Assembly (NCBI RefSeq): GCF_002803295.2
Contig: NZ_PGGB02000013.1
Coordinates: 1 to 32,000 of the forward strand
DNA: 32,000 nucleotides
Reading direction: 5' to 3'
Source: Caedibacter taeniospiralis
GTDB lineage: Bacteria; Pseudomonadota; Gammaproteobacteria; Francisellales; Francisellaceae
Part shown: one piece after another, positions 27,651-32,000 of the stretch
Position numbering within the stretch: position 1 is the stretch's first letter
Layout: each line of letters opens with the position of its first letter
Program-made: the position numbers and the translations under genes
The notes under the pieces: generated by a model
Database searches by the model: none
What the model was told of the DNA's origin: nothing
Seen by the model: the letters and a program-made list of their open reading frames with translations, nothing else

Positions 27651-27783
27651 ATGAATTTCTTACTCAGACGCTCATATACTAATGACAAATAAGGAAATTT
27701 CACTATAAATTTTGGTGTTTTTTTACAAATATTCATGAGTGTATCTTAATTGTTCCTACCCATCTAGGTGGGCAGAAATTTAT

Positions 27784-29571
27784 TTAATTGCTTGCAATAA
27801 TTTGCAACAGCCATTTTTTGTTTTTGTTTAATAGTTCATATTGACTCAGTGGTTGCTGGTAAGCGACACCCATATACTGCAAAGCTTGCTGTGCAATACT
27901 GGCAAACACAGGAGCCGCAGACACCCCGCCAAATTGGTAAAAGTGACTTCCTTTGGGATTGTTGATCCAGACAACAATAGCAAGCCTTGGATTGCTGACG
28001 GGCGCAATGCCCGCAAAGATCGCATTGTATTGATCAACAAATTGACCATTGGCAACGCGATGTGAGGTCCCTGTTTTACCCGCAACCTCAAATCCTGGGA
28101 TATTGGCAAGAATTCCCGTGCCATGAATGCTAACAACGGTTTGTAGCATGGCAAGTACTTCCTGGGCAATGTTTTCAGGGAGGACTTGTGGGCATGTTAT
28201 ATCGCCTCGATGTTTGAGTTTGATAAGACTTACAGGGCATAGCCTGCCATTGTTACCAAAAATAGTATAAGCATGGGCAAGTTGTAAGGCGGATGTGTTG
28301 AGTGCATAGCCAAATGAAAGAGTTGCAAATTCAAACTCGCTTAATGAATTTAAGGTGGGCAAATAACCGTTGGTTGCCCGTGGGAAATTAATGCCTGATG
28401 GTTGACCAAAGCCTAATGTGGAAAGAAAGTTATACATGGCTTCTTTGTCTAGTGTCATGGTTACCTTGCTAACACCAACATTACTGGACTTCTCTAGAAT
28501 TTGAGAGAGGCTGATGTTGCCAAAGTTAGCGTCATCACGGATTCGGTGATGTTGCAAGAAATAGTAGCCTGGGTTGGTGTCGATGATACTATCAGGCGTG
28601 TATTTTCCTGACAAGAGTGCTTGTGAGATAAAAAATGGTTTAATGGTAGAACCTGGTTCAAACGTTTCGATGACAGGTTGCAAGGCAAGCGCATTACCTG
28701 TATGTTCATTGAAGTTGTTAGGATTAAAACTTGGGTAGCTGGCTAGTGCCAATATTTCACCGTTTTTTGGATCAATAACAACGGCAGCGCCGGCGTCCGC
28801 ATTGGTATCGATGACACCTTGTTTAAGTGCATTATAAGCAAAACTTTGGATGTTGCTGTCTATGGTTAAATGAATATTTTTACCTAAGTGATAATGCTGA
28901 GCTGTCCCATCAAAGGTAATGGCATGCGCTTTTCCATCTAACTCACTGGAAAGTGTACCTTGTTCCGCCTTAAGCTCAGTTTGATAAGCGAGCATCAGAC
29001 CATCCTGTCCCTGATTGGCAATATCAGTAAAGCCTACTAAGGGGGCAATTTCATCGGCTTTGGGATAATAGGTCCTGTTTTGATCTTCGATTTGAACACC
29101 AGGTATGTGCAATACTTTTAAATCATCAATTTTAGAAGGCTCGACAAATTGTGCTGCAATGTAATATGGTTTGTTGGGGTATTTTTGGATGAGCTCCTTT
29201 ATGTCAGCAAGAGACAAGCCATCAACATTGGCTTGATCAATTTTTTGGTAGTCATCAGGATGCTCTTTGAGGACCCTGATATCTAAAACGATCCTATAAA
29301 GGTTGGTACTCACTGCCAAGGGGATGCCATTTCTATCGTAGATAATCCCATAGGTTGCATTTAGATCAATGGTGCGGTGACTTTCGCTGTAACCACGATC
29401 GTTTAGAAACTTTTTATCGGTCGTCGTTAGATAAAACAAGCGATAAACAAGTGCTAGGAAAATGCTCACAATGATCAAGAAAGTAAAAAAGAAGCGCCAA
29501 ATGTGTCGTGGTTTTGGATTTTTTTGCAGTTTATTTATAGTTGTCGGGGAGCTTTTATACGCTTGCTTCAT
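27784..29571 (-). CDS. ftsI: Class B penicillin-binding protein / peptidoglycan D,D-transpeptidase (FtsI/PBP3-like paralogue)
   Basis: 595 aa with an N-terminal membrane anchor. The three motifs are GSTIKPF (SxxK), KSSNVG (SxN) and AGKTGTS (KTG). Confidence 0.88.
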   Translation of the reverse strand: MKQAYKSSPTTINKLQKNPKPRHIWRFFFTFLIIVSIFLALVYRLFYLTTTDKKFLNDRGYSESHRTIDLNATYGIIYDRNGIPLAVSTNLYRIVLDIRVLKEHPDDYQKIDQANVDGLSLADIKELIQKYPNKPYYIAAQFVEPSKIDDLKVLHIPGVQIEDQNRTYYPKADEIAPLVGFTDIANQGQDGLMLAYQTELKAEQGTLSSELDGKAHAITFDGTAQHYHLGKNIHLTIDSNIQSFAYNALKQGVIDTNADAGAAVVIDPKNGEILALASYPSFNPNNFNEHTGNALALQPVIETFEPGSTIKPFFISQALLSGKYTPDSIIDTNPGYYFLQHHRIRDDANFGNISLSQILEKSSNVGVSKVTMTLDKEAMYNFLSTLGFGQPSGINFPRATNGYLPTLNSLSEFEFATLSFGYALNTSALQLAHAYTIFGNNGRLCPVSLIKLKHRGDITCPQVLPENIAQEVLAMLQTVVSIHGTGILANIPGFEVAGKTGTSHRVANGQFVDQYNAIFAGIAPVSNPRLAIVVWINNPKGSHFYQFGGVSAAPVFASIAQQALQYMGVAYQQPLSQYELLNKNKKWLLQIIASN

Positions 29572-29632
29572 GTATGAATGGTATAGCTACTTGGTGTCGT
29601 TGGCACTGAGTGTACGGGAATTTGTGTCATAT

Positions 29633-29664
29633 AGCCAGGGGCGAAATATTTTTCGCCCCTGGCT
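29633..29664. repeat. Perfect hairpin with 14-bp arms and a 4-nt loop (AGCCAGGGGCGAAA-TATT-TTTCGCCCCTGGCT)
   Basis: Read directly. It lies in the divergent ftsI-like/tyrS intergenic region. No flanking T run occurs on either strand. Confidence 0.85.
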
Positions 29665-29731
29665 CAGGTGGCAATTGCCTTTTGTGGCTAATCTTGGTAT
29701 ACATAAGGGCGAAATTGAGGGTGAATAAAAT

Positions 29732-29819
29732 CGCTCCGACCATCTTTCCACGCAGTGGATTCCCGTCTCCGCAGGAATGACCGTGAATATTTTGTTTGGG
29801 CGGGAAATTTGTCTAAGTC
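29732..29819. mobile_element. MITE-like element (88 bp, internally deleted copy) with an 8-bp target-site duplication
   Basis: CGCTCCGACCATCTTTCC...GGATTCCCGTCTCCGCAGGAATGACCGTGA...TGGGCGGGAAATTTGTCTAAGTC is flanked by AATAAAAT at 29724-29731 and 29820-29827. It is collinear with 12448-12571 apart from an internal deletion of about 36 bp. Confidence 0.75.
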
Positions 29820-29849
29820 AATAAAATAAAACGAAGGTGACATATATCT

Positions 29850-31049
29850 ATGTATAGTATTGAGCAAACATTAGCGGTGATTAAGCGTGGTGCAGAAGAG
29901 GTTTTGTTGGAAGAAGACTTAGTTGCTAAGCTCAAGAAAAAGAAACCGTTAGTTGTCAAATTTGGCTGTGATCCAACGGCACCTGATATTCATTTGGGGC
30001 ACACGGTGGTGATTAATAAATTACGTCAGTTACAGGATTTAGGGCATGAGATCCATTTCTTAATTGGGAACTTTACCGCGCAAATTGGTGATCCAACGGG
30101 CAAAAATACGACTCGACCACCCTTGTCGACCAAAGAGGTTGAGGAAAATGCCAAGACGTATCAACAGCAGATTTTTAAAATTCTGGATCGTGAGAAGACC
30201 ATCATTAAACGCAATGGTGACTGGTTTGATCAAATGAGTGCCAGTGACGTGATCAAATTGGCTTCCAGGCAAACGGTGGCAAGGATGCTTGAGCGCGATG
30301 ATTTCTCTAAGCGCTATAAATCAGGACAAGGCATTGCGATTCATGAGTTTTTATATCCGCTGGTGCAAGGATATGATTCGGTTGAGATGAAGGCAGATAT
30401 TGAACTAGGAGGAACCGATCAGAAGTTTAATTTATTGATGGGTAGAGAGCTACAAAAACAGGCAGGACAAGAGCCACAGGTGATTATTACCATGCCGTTG
30501 TTAGCGGGTTTGGATGGCGTCAAGAAAATGTCTAAATCAGCGAATAATTACATTGGGATTGAGGAACCAGCAGATGAGATGTTTGGTAAAATCATGTCGA
30601 TCTCGGATGAGCTTATGTGGCGTTACTATGAACTGTTGAGCTTTAAACCCATGTCAGAAATCAATTATTTAAAACAAGCGGTGGCAGACGGCTATAATCC
30701 GCGGGATGTCAAGATTGCACTGGCGAAAGAGATCATTGCACGCTTTCATGATGAGGTGGCGGCGGAACAAGCCCATCAGCATTTTATTGATCGTTTTCAA
30801 AAGAATCAGATTCCGGAGGATTTGCCCGAGGAAACCATCCAGTTAGAAGAAGATAATATGCCGATTGCCAATGTGCTAAAGCTCGCAGGATTAGTTTCCA
30901 GCACATCAGAGGCGATTCGTATGATTAAGCAGGGTGCGGTTAAAATCAATGGGGATAAAGTAGAGAACCCTCAGCTTGCATTAAAGCAAAAAACCTCGGA
31001 TATTTATCAGGTAGGTAAGAGAAAATTTGCCAAGATTACACTGTCATAG
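29850..31049 (+). CDS. tyrS: Tyrosine-tRNA ligase (399-aa form with a C-terminal S4 domain)
   Basis: HIGH-type motif PDIHLGH, KMSKS present verbatim, and the C-terminal S4-like [29 protein letters not shown]. Confidence 0.95.
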   Translation: MYSIEQTLAVIKRGAEEVLLEEDLVAKLKKKKPLVVKFGCDPTAPDIHLGHTVVINKLRQLQDLGHEIHFLIGNFTAQIGDPTGKNTTRPPLSTKEVEENAKTYQQQIFKILDREKTIIKRNGDWFDQMSASDVIKLASRQTVARMLERDDFSKRYKSGQGIAIHEFLYPLVQGYDSVEMKADIELGGTDQKFNLLMGRELQKQAGQEPQVIITMPLLAGLDGVKKMSKSANNYIGIEEPADEMFGKIMSISDELMWRYYELLSFKPMSEINYLKQAVADGYNPRDVKIALAKEIIARFHDEVAAEQAHQHFIDRFQKNQIPEDLPEETIQLEEDNMPIANVLKLAGLVSSTSEAIRMIKQGAVKINGDKVENPQLALKQKTSDIYQVGKRKFAKITLS

Positions 31050-31057
31050 GAGAAAAA

Positions 31058-31255
31058 ATGGAAAAGTTTATTCAAGAAGTTCTCGTCGTCTTTACAGCAT
31101 TAATCGCATTGGTGGTGTTGTATTATGCGTTTGTTTTTTTATTCTGGATTTTATTAGTTGCCATAATGGTAACTGCAGTTTATCGCATTATTAAATTTAT
31201 TGTTGGCTTATTTATGTCAAAGAGCAATCATGTGATTGAACATGAAGATCTATAA
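31058..31255 (+). CDS. Small two-TM membrane protein (hypothetical)
   Basis: 65 aa. AGGAG lies 5 nt upstream of the ATG. There are two hydrophobic stretches. No family was recognised. Confidence 0.45.
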   Translation: MEKFIQEVLVVFTALIALVVLYYAFVFLFWILLVAIMVTAVYRIIKFIVGLFMSKSNHVIEHEDL

Positions 31256-31273
31256 GCATTAAAAGAGGCATGC

Positions 31274-31906
31274 GTGATGAAGAAGTGCCACAGGCTGGTC
31301 TTAAGTGTATTGGTGATTATTCTTGCTGGTTGTGATAAGTATGAGCATAAGTTAGATAAAACAGACCTCAAAGAGGGTGAGTATGCCGATGAGATCCAAG
31401 CACACCTTAAGGTTCGTGAATCTCAGCTTGAGTTGTTATTTTCAAGCCAGCGTATTCTGCACACGCTTAAGCGCGCCAACGTGCGCTTGGCAGAAGAGAC
31501 ACCATTATCTATTGAGCGCTATCAATCACTGGATCAAAGTATGCAAAAATCGCGCGATACTTTTAATGTTCAACTCTTGCTTTATAATGCGTGCGCTATT
31601 GAGCTTAAGCAGTTTCAAGCGGAACATTCCGCCTTTGTCGAAATCTTTGTGACGGATTTATCTGGAATGAATGTCTGCCAGACAAACATGACGACGGATT
31701 TTTATCAGGCGGATGAGAGGTGGTGGCAACAAGCCTATAATGAGGGCAAGGGAAAGATTTGTTACGGTGAGATTAGCTATGATGCCAGTGCAGCAGAGAT
31801 TGTCGCACCGATTTATATGCCAATCTATGAAAAGCACAAATTGATTGGCTTGGCAAAGGCGTTGGTTTCTATTCATGACCTTTATAAAACTGAGTTTAGC
31901 CAGTAG
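31274..31906 (+). CDS. Lipoprotein with a Cache/PDC-like periplasmic sensor-type domain (hypothetical)
   Basis: Lipobox VIILAGCDK. The C-terminal segment FVTDLSGMNVCQTNMTTDFYQADERWWQQAY...YDASAAEIVAPIYMPIY...LIGLAKALVSI resembles single-Cache/PDC folds. No transmembrane or output domain is present. Confidence 0.5.
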   Translation: MMKKCHRLVLSVLVIILAGCDKYEHKLDKTDLKEGEYADEIQAHLKVRESQLELLFSSQRILHTLKRANVRLAEETPLSIERYQSLDQSMQKSRDTFNVQLLLYNACAIELKQFQAEHSAFVEIFVTDLSGMNVCQTNMTTDFYQADERWWQQAYNEGKGKICYGEISYDASAAEIVAPIYMPIYEKHKLIGLAKALVSIHDLYKTEFSQ

Positions 31907-32000
31907 TAATTAATTTGACTCACGTCGAACTCAGGTTAGGTAATGATGTAATTCTAAAATAATGACAAAAAGTCATGCAATTTTCTGGATTTTGAAATGA

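Noticed and set aside
29462-29728. 88-aa plus-strand ORF
   Set aside because: It is antisense to the 5' end of the ftsI-like gene and then reads through the 14-bp-arm hairpin. It has no Shine-Dalgarno sequence and no motifs.

Overview
AT-rich gammaproteobacterial chromosome segment. The gene order tig-clpP-clpX-lon-hupB-ppiD and the repeat load suggest a Legionellales-like, host-associated organism, but the taxon is inference. Most of the window is housekeeping: proteostasis genes, miaA, obg, an NlpD-like lipoprotein, fumC, btuF, nupC, ygfB-ubiH-ubiI, lplA, a K+ channel, an APC permease, an extra FtsI-type PBP and tyrS. The most interesting locus is a minus-strand three-gene cassette at 17761-19746. 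It encodes a Sec-signal, Cys/Met-rich low-complexity peptide, a DUF692 multinuclear non-haem iron oxidase (MNIO) and a DUF2063 partner. This is the architecture of HvfABC/bufferin-type RiPP metallophores, but the precursor has its own repeat motif. The cassette lies directly downstream of a 6S RNA gene (ssrS) that the ORF track masks with a spurious 97-aa ORF. A MITE-like repeat family has at least three copies, two of them with clean 8-bp target-site duplications, plus a separate GC-rich hairpin repeat. There is also considerable gene decay: IS debris upstream of tig, a tRNA-Ala-like relic after hupB, a MazE C-terminal remnant, an aquaglyceroporin with an in-frame TGA at a conserved Trp, a frameshifted alpha/beta-hydrolase and an Rpn-family remnant. 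All calls rest on reading the sequence and on remembered family motifs. No searches or folding programs were run.
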